DNA from: an uncultured Candidatus Saccharibacteria bacterium
Lineage (GTDB): Bacteria; Patescibacteriota; Minisyncoccia; UBA6257; 2-01-FULL-56-20
DNA: 64,000 bases
Assembly: GCA_964646415.1 (NCBI GenBank)
Contig: CAZYEL010000004.1
Span: forward strand, 539-64,538
Direction of reading: 5' to 3'
The notes beneath the pieces were generated by a model that saw only the letters and a list, made by a program, of their open reading frames with translations, ran no database searches and was not told the origin of the DNA. Shown in pieces: positions 48,371 through 59,612 of the stretch. The translations under genes were made by a program, and so were the position numbers. How positions within the stretch are numbered: position 1 is the first letter of the stretch; each line of letters opens with the position of its first letter.

Positions 48371-48644
48371 GGGGCTCGATGCCCATTGCGGAGGGACGCT
48401 GTCTGCAATGGGCTATTACAGCGCTCTCTCTCGTGCCGCCGCACTGCGAGAAGCCCTCCGCAATGGGCACTTTCGCCTTTCTGGCAGATAGGGGAAACTT
48501 CTTCTTTGCGGCGTCACGCTCCGAGAAACCCCACACGACATATGCCTTCGCCTTTTAGGCGAACGAAAGTTCCTCACGACCCGACACGGGGCAAGAGCCC
48601 CTGCGCATCATATATCTCCGCTGGTTCCGCAAACCCACGGAAAG

Positions 48645-49292
48645 TTACCGTGACGGAGGAATAAACTTGAAACTCTGCACAATACTGTTGAGCGCGACGG
48701 TAGCTTCTTTTATAAACATCTCATTCCCCCTTCCCTCCTCCAGCCGCGCCGCATCACGCGCGACATCGGAAGGGTATTCATAAAACTGGGCGGACTCCCG
48801 ATAGCGGATAGCGGTTTCGAGCTGATAACACGTACCATTCCTTACCGTCCGGTAATCGTTCATCCTGGCTCTCTGCCCACCCATCGCGGAATCGGGATAC
48901 TCCCGCGTGAAGAACACCACACCGCGTATCGTTTTCCGATCTGTGAGCGTCCGCCGGGTGTATGGGTCAACCTCATAACAATTCTCAACACTCTCTCGTG
49001 CTGAGTCCGCATACACCGTCGCGGAAACGTTTGAATCTTTTTGAAATATCTTCGCCACCGCAAGGCGCGTCGAGCTAAAATATCCCTCGCTACGGTTAAG
49101 TTCTTCGAGCGCAAACGAATCCGGGTAATTAAGTTCGAATCCATACCGCTCATTGCGATACGTGTTCACGCCCGCGGGAACATCTCCTTCCTTCGGCGTC
49201 GTGAACATCGCGTAGACAATCCACGCCACCGCAAGCACTGTCACGATGTTCACGAACGCTCCCGGCGAATCGGAAAAATTTCTCGCGCGCAT
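48645..49292 (-). CDS. Membrane-anchored hypothetical protein
   Basis: N-terminal TM helix, TYRNERYGFELNYP, IVQSFKF. Confidence 0.6.
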   Translation of the reverse strand: MRARNFSDSPGAFVNIVTVLAVAWIVYAMFTTPKEGDVPAGVNTYRNERYGFELNYPDSFALEELNRSEGYFSSTRLAVAKIFQKDSNVSATVYADSARESVENCYEVDPYTRRTLTDRKTIRGVVFFTREYPDSAMGGQRARMNDYRTVRNGTCYQLETAIRYRESAQFYEYPSDVARDAARLEEGRGNEMFIKEATVALNSIVQSFKFIPPSR

Positions 49293-49311
49293 ACTCCTAT
49301 TCTATAACTTT

Positions 49312-50598
49312 CTACAACTCTTTGCTTAACTTGTAGGAGTTGAGCTGCAAATTCCCGGGGCCCCCGATGGAAAGCACCTCCTTGATGGCCTTGACGGGGT
49401 TTTCCACTTTGAGCTCGTGCAAATGTTCCTTCACATACGCATACGCGTCGCGGAAAGGCATCCCCTTCTTTACAAGCCGGTTCGCTTCATGCACCGCGAA
49501 AAACTCGGGTGCGAGCGACTTCATAAGCGTCGCCTTGTTCGGCTTCACGCGCGACATCACGAGCGCCGCAATTTCCAAACTCCGCCGCGCGATGCCCAAC
49601 CCCTTGATGAGCGGCTCCTTCGTGAGCTGCGTGTCGCGGTTGTAGCCGGAGATAAGATTTTTCGAGATGTCTTTGACCTGCGTCTGAAGCGCCACAATCA
49701 CGTTCACGTTGCCCCGCAAGATTTCGAAAACGTCCGGATTCTTCTTCTGGGGCATGATGGACGAGCCGGTGGTGAACTCCGGCGGGAGGAAAAAGAGGGT
49801 GAACTCGGGAGTCGTGAACCAGATCATCTCATTCGAGAGCCGCCCCAGGGTCATCACAATCTTAGTCAGGACCGAGAGAATGTAGGACTCGGTGGGGCCG
49901 CGGCTGTTCACGCAATAAAGCGAGTTCACCTGGAGCCGCCGGAAACCGAGAAGCTTCGTCGTGAGTCTCCGGTCAAGCGGCATGTTCACGCCGAATCCCG
50001 CAGCCGCACCCAGCGGGTTCTGGTCGTTCAAGTCATATGCGGACTCCAAAAGCTTGTGGTCATTGATAAGTTCCTCCAGGTACGCCGCCGCCCAGTGCCC
50101 CACGCTCGAGGGCATCGCGCGGCGCGTGTGCGTGTACCCCGGCATCGGCAAAAATTCGTACTTCTTCGCCATCGCGAGGAACACTTTCTGCGTCTTCACA
50201 AGTTCGTGGCTGATTTGCTTCAGTTTCTTCCGCGTGTAGAGTCGCGTCGCAACCAAAACCTGGTCGTTCCGCGAGCGGCACGTGTGGATTTTCTTTCCTA
50301 GGACGCCGAGCTTCGCGGTCAAGAATCCCTCAATCGCGGTGTGGCAGTCCTCGTCCGAGGGCTGAATCACGAACTTCCCCTGCTTGTGGAGCTTCAAAAT
50401 CTGCTTCAATCCGCGTGTAAGTTTCCGAAGCTCGGAAGCGGTCAATATCTTCGCTTTGTGAAGCGCCTTCGCATGGGCAAGCGATGCCTCGATATCAAAA
50501 GGCAGAAGCCGCGCGTCGAGAATGTAATCATTCCCTACCGTGTACTTCTCGACGAGCGGGTGGAGCTTCGTCAATTTGGATTGCCAGAGTTTAGCCAT
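49312..50598 (-). CDS. argH: Argininosuccinate lyase
   Basis: EDCHT, RSRNDQV, PGYTH, GSSIMPQKKNPD, GYNRD. Confidence 0.92.
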   Translation of the reverse strand: MAKLWQSKLTKLHPLVEKYTVGNDYILDARLLPFDIEASLAHAKALHKAKILTASELRKLTRGLKQILKLHKQGKFVIQPSDEDCHTAIEGFLTAKLGVLGKKIHTCRSRNDQVLVATRLYTRKKLKQISHELVKTQKVFLAMAKKYEFLPMPGYTHTRRAMPSSVGHWAAAYLEELINDHKLLESAYDLNDQNPLGAAAGFGVNMPLDRRLTTKLLGFRRLQVNSLYCVNSRGPTESYILSVLTKIVMTLGRLSNEMIWFTTPEFTLFFLPPEFTTGSSIMPQKKNPDVFEILRGNVNVIVALQTQVKDISKNLISGYNRDTQLTKEPLIKGLGIARRSLEIAALVMSRVKPNKATLMKSLAPEFFAVHEANRLVKKGMPFRDAYAYVKEHLHELKVENPVKAIKEVLSIGGPGNLQLNSYKLSKEL

Positions 50599-50638
50599 TG
50601 GATTAGCCACTAGAACTTAGCCACTAGAACTTAGGAAA

Positions 50639-51616
50639 TCACTTCATCAAGAAAATCTTTCGGCCGCTGGTCGTCGCGATCTTCACCAACTCGTCAAAAA
50701 CGTAGTAACGGCAGGTTTCCATAAGCATGCGAAGCTCTATCCACATATCGCCATCAACGAAAGGCAAATAGTAATCGGCAATGTTGTCCACTCCAAGGCC
50801 GACGGTTATTCCGGCTTCAAGCATCTCCGGGACATTGGCGATGGAGTTATGCACCGGGGCCTGATATTGGTCGAGCTGCCTCTGCGAGAGCATCGCCGAC
50901 GGACAAACAACGACCGCAATCCCGGCATCCGCCATTCTTTTGTACAAATCCCGGCGGTATTCTTTGGGCTGGGCGGAGGTGGATACGGCATGTATGGCAA
51001 CCACCCTCCCCTGATACCCATGCTTTACGGTCGCTTTTAAAAGTTTCTCCGTATCGCGCTCATTCGGATTATTCTCCTGGTCAATATGCGCCCACACCGG
51101 CTTATTCAAATTCTTCGCAATGCTGAACATAATGTCTATGTTCTCTTCATCCTTCGGGCGTTCTTTCGAAGGCAGGCCGCCCACCACGTCGCACTTCGCG
51201 GCAATTTCCTCAAAAAGCTTCCGCGCCGCGGGGTCCACAAGTCCTCCCAGGGGCTGCGGCATGGTAACCAGCGTAATCTTGTCCTTATACTCCTCTTTTA
51301 CTTTGACCGCCGCATCAACCGCCTTGTGCCCCACCGCGTCATACGCATCCACGAAGGTCGCGGTGAACTTCACTCCCTGGCTCACCATAATATCGAGCCC
51401 CGTGCGGAGGCGCTCTTCAATTTGCTCCTGCGAAGAAGCCCGTTTTATGTCATCACTCATCCGCCACTTCACCTCCATATCCACCATGGACTGGTCGAGT
51501 CCTTCTTTCGTAATGTAGAACGCTTTGTCGAAATGCGCGTGGCAATTTACAAAGCCGCCTTCCGCCTTCACTGCGGCGAGTAGCTGCTCTTTAAGATCCC
51601 ACGGTTGCCCGCTCAT
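50639..51616 (-). CDS. Amidohydrolase (cytosine-deaminase-like)
   Basis: NCHAHFDK, AHID, AIHA, GLGVDN. Confidence 0.75.
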   Translation of the reverse strand: MSGQPWDLKEQLLAAVKAEGGFVNCHAHFDKAFYITKEGLDQSMVDMEVKWRMSDDIKRASSQEQIEERLRTGLDIMVSQGVKFTATFVDAYDAVGHKAVDAAVKVKEEYKDKITLVTMPQPLGGLVDPAARKLFEEIAAKCDVVGGLPSKERPKDEENIDIMFSIAKNLNKPVWAHIDQENNPNERDTEKLLKATVKHGYQGRVVAIHAVSTSAQPKEYRRDLYKRMADAGIAVVVCPSAMLSQRQLDQYQAPVHNSIANVPEMLEAGITVGLGVDNIADYYLPFVDGDMWIELRMLMETCRYYVFDELVKIATTSGRKIFLMK

Positions 51617-51667
51617 AAATTGGATGAATGATAGCACGGTACCCAAAGCAACTGCAACACGTCCGAA

Positions 51668-51724
51668 GTCATCCCCGCGCACGCGGGGATCCAGACCCTA
51701 GATTCCCGCTTTCGCGGGAATGAC
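51668..51724. repeat. REP-like inverted repeat pair
   Basis: GTCATCCCCGCGCACGCGGGGATCC ... GATTCCCGCTTTCGCGGGAATGAC. Confidence 0.8.
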
Positions 51725-52781
51725 AACGCGCAATCAGCCGAAGAAGCCCCCGGTTTATCTCGCGCGCGAGGCCGGGACCGCGATAGATGAAACCGGTGTA
51801 GACTTGGAGCAGATCGGCCCCTGCGCCAAGCATCGCAAACGCGTCCTCCGCGGTGAAGATTCCTCCTCCGGCAATAATTGCAAACTCCGGCGCGCGTGCC
51901 CGGATGTGCCGGACAATTTCGAGCGCCTTTTGAAAAAGGGGCTTCCCGCTTAATCCTCCTGCTTCCGTTGCGTTTCCGCTCTGCGCGCCTTCGCGGGAAA
52001 GCGTCGTGTTCACCGCAATGATTCCCGCCACTCCCCGCGCGGCGCAGACCTTGAGCACCGCGTCGATTGCTTCAAAACTCAAGTCCGGCGCGATTTTCAC
52101 GAGAATGGGCTTCGGCGCTGTTTTTAAACCAGCCTGCAATGCCTCTCGTTCTTTCACAAGCTGTGCAAGAATCCGGTCGAGCTGCTCCGCCTCCTGGAGC
52201 GCGCGGAGTCCCGGCGTGTTCGGCGAACTTACGTTCACCGCAAAGTAGTCGCCATAGGGATAGAGTGCGCGGAAGGAATAGGCGTAGTCCTCCGCCGCTT
52301 CTTTGAGCGGCGTGATTTTGGATTTCCCGATACTCACGCCGAGCGGAATCGAAAGCTTCCCCTCTTTCTTGAGACGCGCCGCCACCGCATCCGCTCCCTC
52401 GTTGTTGAAACCCATGCGGTTGATGAGCGCTTTGTCTTCGGCGAGCCGAAACATGCGGGGACGCGGATTCCCCGGCTGCGCATGGCGCGTCACCGTCCCC
52501 AACTCGATAAACCCGAACCCCAGCGCTTCAAGCCCTTTGAGCGCCTCACCATCTTTGTCGAATCCGGCGGCAAGCCCCACGGGATTCGGGAAATCAACGC
52601 CGAACGCGCGATGCCCGAGGCGGCTGTCCCTCACTCCGTAGTACGCGGCGCAAAGGCGGCGGCAAAACAAGCATTTACCCAACATGCGAAGCGCCGCGAG
52701 CGCCCAGCCGTGCGCCACTTCCGGGTCGCGCCGCGAGAGGGCGAAGAGAAGCGGACGCACAATGCTTTCATAAAAACTCAT
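51669..52781 (-). CDS. pyrD: Dihydroorotate dehydrogenase (quinone, class 2)
   Basis: GLAAGFDK, INRMGFNN, NVSSPNTPG, VKIAPD, GGLSG. Confidence 0.94.
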   Translation of the reverse strand: MSFYESIVRPLLFALSRRDPEVAHGWALAALRMLGKCLFCRRLCAAYYGVRDSRLGHRAFGVDFPNPVGLAAGFDKDGEALKGLEALGFGFIELGTVTRHAQPGNPRPRMFRLAEDKALINRMGFNNEGADAVAARLKKEGKLSIPLGVSIGKSKITPLKEAAEDYAYSFRALYPYGDYFAVNVSSPNTPGLRALQEAEQLDRILAQLVKEREALQAGLKTAPKPILVKIAPDLSFEAIDAVLKVCAARGVAGIIAVNTTLSREGAQSGNATEAGGLSGKPLFQKALEIVRHIRARAPEFAIIAGGGIFTAEDAFAMLGAGADLLQVYTGFIYRGPGLAREINRGLLRLIARCHSRESGNLGSGSPRARG

Positions 52782-53578
52782 CCTCGGTAACGGTTAATGC
52801 CATCGCGCAACTCCCGCGCGGCAGCCGCGGGGTCATCCGCAAAAATCACGCCGCGCGAGGAGTTTATAACCATCCCCTTCTTCGCGCTATTCACCCCCGC
52901 CCGCACGGCGGATTCAAGTTCCCCTCCCTGTGCGCCCACGCCGGGCACGAGAAACATCATCTCGCCCGTGAGCGCGCGAATCGTTTTCATCTCCTCGGAG
53001 TAGGTCGCCCCCACGACGAGCATGCAGTTCTGGTTCCCGTTCCACTCGTGGTACACCTTTTCCGCCACAATTTGCCACATCGGCTTATTCCCCACTTTCA
53101 AGTCCTGCAATTCCCCCGCGCCGGGGTTCGATGTGCGGCAGAGAATAATTGCGCCCTTGTCGGGACGGGCGAGAAACGGCTCAAGCGCCTCGCGGCCGAG
53201 ATAGGGATGCAAGGTCATCGCATCAAACCCAAGCCGGTCCAAAATCGAAGCTACGTACCCGCGGTTCGTGTTCCCGATATCCGCCCGCTTCGCGTCGCAA
53301 ATCGTAAAAATGTCGGGATGTGTTTCGCGGAGATACTCCATCGTACGCTTCAGCTCGCGGAGTCCCTGCTCCCCTCTTGCTTCGTAGAACGCAATGTTCG
53401 CCTTGAATGCGGCGGCGAACTCCTGCGTCGTATCGATAATCCACTTGTTGAACGCAAACTGCGGGAATTCTTCCTTCAAAAAACGCGCGGGGAGTTTCTC
53501 GAAGTCCGCATCCAACCCCACGCATGCGAGGGAATTCGCTTTGTCCGCGCGGGAATTATATTTGTCTATTATGCTCAT
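52778..53578 (-). CDS. pyrF: Orotidine 5'-phosphate decarboxylase
   Basis: CVGLD, DAKRADIGNT, VGAT, PGVGAQGG. Confidence 0.93.
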   Translation of the reverse strand: MSIIDKYNSRADKANSLACVGLDADFEKLPARFLKEEFPQFAFNKWIIDTTQEFAAAFKANIAFYEARGEQGLRELKRTMEYLRETHPDIFTICDAKRADIGNTNRGYVASILDRLGFDAMTLHPYLGREALEPFLARPDKGAIILCRTSNPGAGELQDLKVGNKPMWQIVAEKVYHEWNGNQNCMLVVGATYSEEMKTIRALTGEMMFLVPGVGAQGGELESAVRAGVNSAKKGMVINSSRGVIFADDPAAAARELRDGINRYRG

Positions 53579-53622
53579 GATAATTCGATATGTCGAATGT
53601 CGGAGTTTCGGAATATTGATAT

Positions 53623-54255
53623 TTAGTGCTTGCTCGCAAGCCACTTTTCCCCATGCCCCACGGCGGCATTCACCGGAACCCCCTGCTTGCACAGCGGGCA
53701 TTCTGAAGCATCGTACGTGGGCGTCGGAAGGTCTACAAGCGCCGAAAAGGGCACGCCCAGCGTTTTGGAATTTATGTCTTCAGGGACCCGATTTACCATC
53801 ACCGCTGCGGCGACGATGATTCCCCCCGCCGCCCTCACCATATTTAATATCTTTTTCAGAGACCCGCCTGTCGCGACCGTATCCTCCACCACGAGAACTT
53901 TTTTCCCCCTAACCACGCGGTCGTACCCACGCGTGAACGCCAATCCCCCATCGGAGGTTTTCTCGGCGTATGCCGCTAATACTTCTTTCTGCTTGAACTC
54001 TGAAAGATGATAAGCAATCCATTGCGAAAGGATGACTCCACCAAGCACCGGCGATGCAACCACTTCAATGTCGGTCCCTCTATGCCGCAACGCAATTTCC
54101 TTGCAAATCTCGGACGTTTGCTGCGTATGGAGATAAAGCGCGTCTTTGTTCACATATACCGACATATGCCTTCCCGATGTTCCCACAAAGTGGTCGTCAG
54201 TGAGCACCGCGCCCACGCTTTTGAGCATCTCAAGGATTTCATTTGATGAACGCAT
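53623..54255 (-). CDS. pyrE: Orotate phosphoribosyltransferase
   Basis: HFVGTSGRH, VLVVEDTVATGGS, CPLC. Confidence 0.88.
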   Translation of the reverse strand: MRSSNEILEMLKSVGAVLTDDHFVGTSGRHMSVYVNKDALYLHTQQTSEICKEIALRHRGTDIEVVASPVLGGVILSQWIAYHLSEFKQKEVLAAYAEKTSDGGLAFTRGYDRVVRGKKVLVVEDTVATGGSLKKILNMVRAAGGIIVAAAVMVNRVPEDINSKTLGVPFSALVDLPTPTYDASECPLCKQGVPVNAAVGHGEKWLASKH

Positions 54256-54262
54256 GGCTAGA

Positions 54263-54748
54263 TTATATGCGAACCCGCTCGTATACGAGGAAAGTATGGG
54301 GGATGGCATTCTTTTCATCAACCACTCCCTCCTCCCGGCGCACCTCCCGCCATTCCGCAAAGTTCATTTCGGGGAAAAATACGTCCCCTTTGACGTGTGC
54401 GTGGACGCGCGTGAGGTATACCCGGTCTGTGTACGGCAAAATCTGCCGGAACACTTCCCCGCCGCCCAGGAAAAATATCTCCCCCTCGCCCGCCGCCTGG
54501 ATGGCTTCTTCAATCGACCCCGCCATCACGCACCCTTCGGCCTTGAACGCAGGGTCGCGCGTGAGCACGATGTTCTTCCGCTCCGGCAAGGGCTTGCCGA
54601 TGGACTGGAATGTCCGCATACCCATCACCACGGAATGCCCCTTCGTCACGCGTTTGAAATAGGCGAAGTCCGCCGGAAGATGCCAGGGAATTTTGGGGCC
54701 GTTGCCGATGACGCCATTTTCCGAAACCGCGGCGATGACGGACATCAT
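54263..54748 (-). CDS. folA: Dihydrofolate reductase
   Basis: IPWHLPAD, MGMRT, PLPERKN, GGGE, GDVFFP. Confidence 0.93.
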   Translation of the reverse strand: MMSVIAAVSENGVIGNGPKIPWHLPADFAYFKRVTKGHSVVMGMRTFQSIGKPLPERKNIVLTRDPAFKAEGCVMAGSIEEAIQAAGEGEIFFLGGGEVFRQILPYTDRVYLTRVHAHVKGDVFFPEMNFAEWREVRREEGVVDEKNAIPHTFLVYERVRI

Positions 54749-54794
54749 AGGGAGTGAGAGGTGATAAATAATAAGTAATAAGCGATAAGAAGCA

Positions 54795-55724
54795 CTACAC
54801 GGCGATAGGAGCAGAAATCGGCGGATGCGGGTCGTAGTTTTCGAGCGTGAAGTCCTCAAATTTGAAATCAAAGATGGACTTTACGTTCGGGTTGATTTCC
54901 ATCGTAGGGAGCGGACGGGGTTCCCGCGCCAATTGCTCGTCCACCTGTGCGAGATGATTCAGATAAATGTGCACATCGCCGAACGTATGCACGAACTCTG
55001 CGGGTTTGAGTCCCGTCACTTGCGCCATCATCATCGTGAGCAAAGAGTATGACGCGATGTTGAACGGCACACCAAGGAACACATCCGCACTCCGTTGGTA
55101 GAGCTGGCACGAGAGAGTGCCGTTCACCACGATGAATTGGAAGAGCGTGTGGCACGGCGGCGGCGCATGATGATGATTTTTGATGAGCTCCTGAATCTCC
55201 CCCACATTCCAGCCGCTCACAATAATGCGGCGCGATGTCGGGTCGTTCTTTATTAAGTCGACCACGTTTTGTATCTGGTCAATCTCGCCGCCGGAGGGAG
55301 ACTGCCACCGCCGCCATTGCTTGCCGTAGATCGGACCGAGCTCTCCCCACTCCTTCGCGAACGCATCGTCGGACTTCACCTGCGCCACGAACTCCGCGAG
55401 CTCCGTTTTCCACGCCTCCGAGTAGCGCGGATATTGCTCGACGAGATTGTTTTTCTCGAGGTAAATCTGGTACGCCCACTCATTCCAAATTTTTACGTCA
55501 TTTTGCACCAGAAATTGGATGTTGGTGTCTCCGCGCAAAAGCCAGAGCAGCTCGTAAATCACCGAGCGCATATAGAGCTTCTTCGTCGTCATCGCCGGGA
55601 AGCCCTTCTGCAAATCAAAGCGCATCTGCCGCCCGAATGCGGATACCGTGCCGGTGCCGGTGCGATCTTCTTTCTTCGCGCCGTGCTCTTTTATGTCTTT
55701 GAGGAGGTCTAAATACTGACGCAT
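54795..55724 (-). CDS. thyA: Thymidylate synthase
   Basis: [26 protein letters not shown]. Confidence 0.96.
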   Translation of the reverse strand: MRQYLDLLKDIKEHGAKKEDRTGTGTVSAFGRQMRFDLQKGFPAMTTKKLYMRSVIYELLWLLRGDTNIQFLVQNDVKIWNEWAYQIYLEKNNLVEQYPRYSEAWKTELAEFVAQVKSDDAFAKEWGELGPIYGKQWRRWQSPSGGEIDQIQNVVDLIKNDPTSRRIIVSGWNVGEIQELIKNHHHAPPPCHTLFQFIVVNGTLSCQLYQRSADVFLGVPFNIASYSLLTMMMAQVTGLKPAEFVHTFGDVHIYLNHLAQVDEQLAREPRPLPTMEINPNVKSIFDFKFEDFTLENYDPHPPISAPIAV

Positions 55725-56038
55725 GGGTTTAGGTCAGGATACCAGAAAACCCGCCGCAGGAGAAACCATACTACCTCGAAAAGGAGAGGGTTCTCAAAAT
55801 CTGTTTCATTACCGCCGCGATGATGTAGTTTCGTTTCATACCGATAAATGGCATTGGTAAAACGACGTTACTGTCCACGCTTGAGGGGGAAACTTTACGC
55901 GTAAAATCTATTTTGTTATCAGGGAAATGTAGCAATGGACATTTGCGACTTTCCTCCGGTCATCTCATCCCATGCTTTTGGTAACGCACCTGCGTACTTT
56001 TTTACATAATCAATAAACCCTGGCGGCACGATTGAACC

Positions 56039-56061
56039 AAGCCCCGCTCTCGCGGGGCTTT
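56039..56061 (-). terminator. Hairpin downstream of groEL
   Basis: AAGCCCCGC-TCTC-GCGGGGCTT; weak U-tract. Confidence 0.55.
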
Positions 56062-56097
56062 GCCTAAGTCCTACTGGCTAAGTTCTAATGACTACCT

Positions 56098-57771
<1,674 letters not shown>

Positions 57772-57780
57772 TTAATAAAC

Positions 57781-57864
57781 GATGCCAATATACGAATTGG
57801 TACTAGTGATACTAATAAAATCTTCGCTATTCGTATTATTAGTATGCATTAGTATATTTGCATC
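57781..57864. repeat. AT-rich imperfect palindromic miniature element
   Basis: Homologous to the reverse complement of 62401-62498. Confidence 0.7.
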
Positions 57865-57868
57865 GCGG

Positions 57869-58159
57869 TTACTCGATGATTGCCAAAATATCATCCTCAT
57901 CCCCCACCAAGTATTTCTTCCCTTCGAGCTCAATCTCGTCGGGACCATACTTTTTGAAGAGGACCACGTCACCGACCTTGACCCCCATAGGAACCCGCTC
58001 ACCCTTCTCGTTCAACTTTCCCGGACCCACCGCAACCACCTTTCCCCGCACCGGCTTCTCCTTCTCCGCCGTTTCGGGAAGGACGATGCCCGACTTCGTC
58101 ACCTTCTCCTCCTCTAGCCCCTCAAGAAACAAATGGTTAGATAATGGTTTGAACTGCAT
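57869..58159 (-). CDS. groS: Co-chaperonin GroES
   Basis: FKPL, TKSGIVLP, AVGPG, VKVGD. Confidence 0.96.
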   Translation of the reverse strand: MQFKPLSNHLFLEGLEEEKVTKSGIVLPETAEKEKPVRGKVVAVGPGKLNEKGERVPMGVKVGDVVLFKKYGPDEIELEGKKYLVGDEDDILAIIE

Positions 58160-58245
58160 AAACTTATGACCTATGACCAATAACCTATGACTAAGAATTC
58201 GAAATCCCTGTCATAAGTCATCTGTCATTAGTTATTTGTTAATGA

Positions 58246-58272
58246 CTGGCACTCCCGACTAAAGAGTGCTAA
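58246..58272 (-). promoter_or_regulatory. CIRCE (HrcA operator)
   Basis: TTAGCACTC-N9-GAGTGCCAG upstream of groES. Confidence 0.92.
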
Positions 58273-58279
58273 CAGGAGT

Positions 58280-58307
58280 ATTTTATTCGCAATGGGAAGA
58301 GTGTCAA
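58280..58307 (-). promoter_or_regulatory. groESL promoter
   Basis: TTGACA-16-TAAAAT immediately upstream of CIRCE. Confidence 0.75.
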
Positions 58308-58415
58308 GCCCAGTAAAATGCAAAACTCCGGCGATCGCTCGTCGGAGTTCTGATGATACAAAACTTTCTTGCCAAAGGGTCTAAGGATTAGTATCTGAAT
58401 CCGAAGGACTAGAAC

Positions 58416-58949
58416 CTAAAGATTCAAAACCAACTCGCGGAAGAGCACGACGTAGTAGCTCTCAGCCCAAACGTTAATCCAGATATCCCCATAGAAACGC
58501 CAGCCGACAACGCGCCTGAAAAAGGGCGGCACCCTGGGACCGAACGCGCTCAGCCAAACATGTTGTGATTTATCCAAGCACACTATCCAGCGATCCTTCG
58601 GAAGCTGGGCACCATAGCGGCTCGCAAGCACCGCACCACCCCAAGCTCCGGGCAATACACGTTTACACTCATCCGCGAATTTAATAAGCGAATGAAAATA
58701 CTGCGAATGTTGCAGGCAATATACCTCCACCACGTACTTCCTCCCACGCACTACACTCGAATGCGGAAAACGCGCGTCGGTGATATACGATTTCCAACCA
58801 TTCCTAACGAAGGCACCACGTGGACAGGCATCAAGCGTGAAGTTGGCGGGAATTTCCGCCTCAAACTCGTTCACAAACATGAGATGAGGGAATTGGATTG
58901 GTCGGTCAAAGAAAAATTGTGAGGGCGGATACGGGGTCGGGAGTGTCAT
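58416..58949 (-). CDS. Hypothetical protein
   Basis: 177 aa ORF with AAAGGAG SD upstream. Confidence 0.5.
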   Translation of the reverse strand: MTLPTPYPPSQFFFDRPIQFPHLMFVNEFEAEIPANFTLDACPRGAFVRNGWKSYITDARFPHSSVVRGRKYVVEVYCLQHSQYFHSLIKFADECKRVLPGAWGGAVLASRYGAQLPKDRWIVCLDKSQHVWLSAFGPRVPPFFRRVVGWRFYGDIWINVWAESYYVVLFRELVLNL

Positions 58950-59138
58950 AACGGTCTCCTTTCTGTTGGTTGTGCGTCTCATCCAAATTTAAGGACCTGA
59001 CGCAGTTGTGTTCCTTGTCGCGCAGTATTTTCACTTCATCGCGATTTTAATATCAAAGAACATGGCGAAACTATGCCACTTTGTAGAGAAAAACGCAAGT
59101 TCGACATGAAACTCCTCCCACCTGCTACAATCCACAGT

Positions 59139-59372
59139 ATGCGAATCGCTTTCAGCAACCACGCACTCCTCAAACTCCGCCAACGGAGCATCTCGCAAGA
59201 ACTGGTGACTCAGACCGTGCACAACCCCGATTTTACCAAGCCCACGAGGCATCTTCGCGAAGAACGCTACAAGCGTTTCGGCAAAAACTATCTGAAAATA
59301 GTCGTTATCGAAGAACGTGGCACGCTCATCGTGATTACCGCGCACTGGTTGGCAAAAGGGGTAAAGAAGTGA
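59139..59372 (+). CDS. DUF4258-like protein (putative RelE-fold toxin)
   Basis: FSNHALLKLRQRSIS ... LIVITAHW. Confidence 0.72.
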   Translation: MRIAFSNHALLKLRQRSISQELVTQTVHNPDFTKPTRHLREERYKRFGKNYLKIVVIEERGTLIVITAHWLAKGVKK

Positions 59373-59384
59373 TACAGTACAAGC

Positions 59385-59609
59385 ATGAAAATCACGTACG
59401 ATAAAAAAGTGGATGCGCTCAACGTAACCCTCAAATCAGGCAAGGTGGCGAAAACCATCGAAATCGCGCCGGAGGTCTTTTTAGACGTGGATGCAAAGGG
59501 AAATCCGCTTTACCTTGAAATCATCGGCGCGAGCGAAACACTTGGGAAGAAAAACTTCTCGAAAATCACCATTGGAACGAAATCGTTCCGCCTGCCTATC
59601 GCGGCGTGA
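59385..59609 (+). CDS. DUF2283-like protein (putative antitoxin)
   Basis: MKITYDKKVDAL ... LDVDAKG...LEIIGAS. Confidence 0.78.
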   Translation: MKITYDKKVDALNVTLKSGKVAKTIEIAPEVFLDVDAKGNPLYLEIIGASETLGKKNFSKITIGTKSFRLPIAA

Positions 59610-59612
59610 GTA

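Noticed and set aside
55770-56030. Riboswitch or small gene upstream of thyA
   Set aside because: No recognisable aptamer; only short broken minus-strand frames that may be a gene relic
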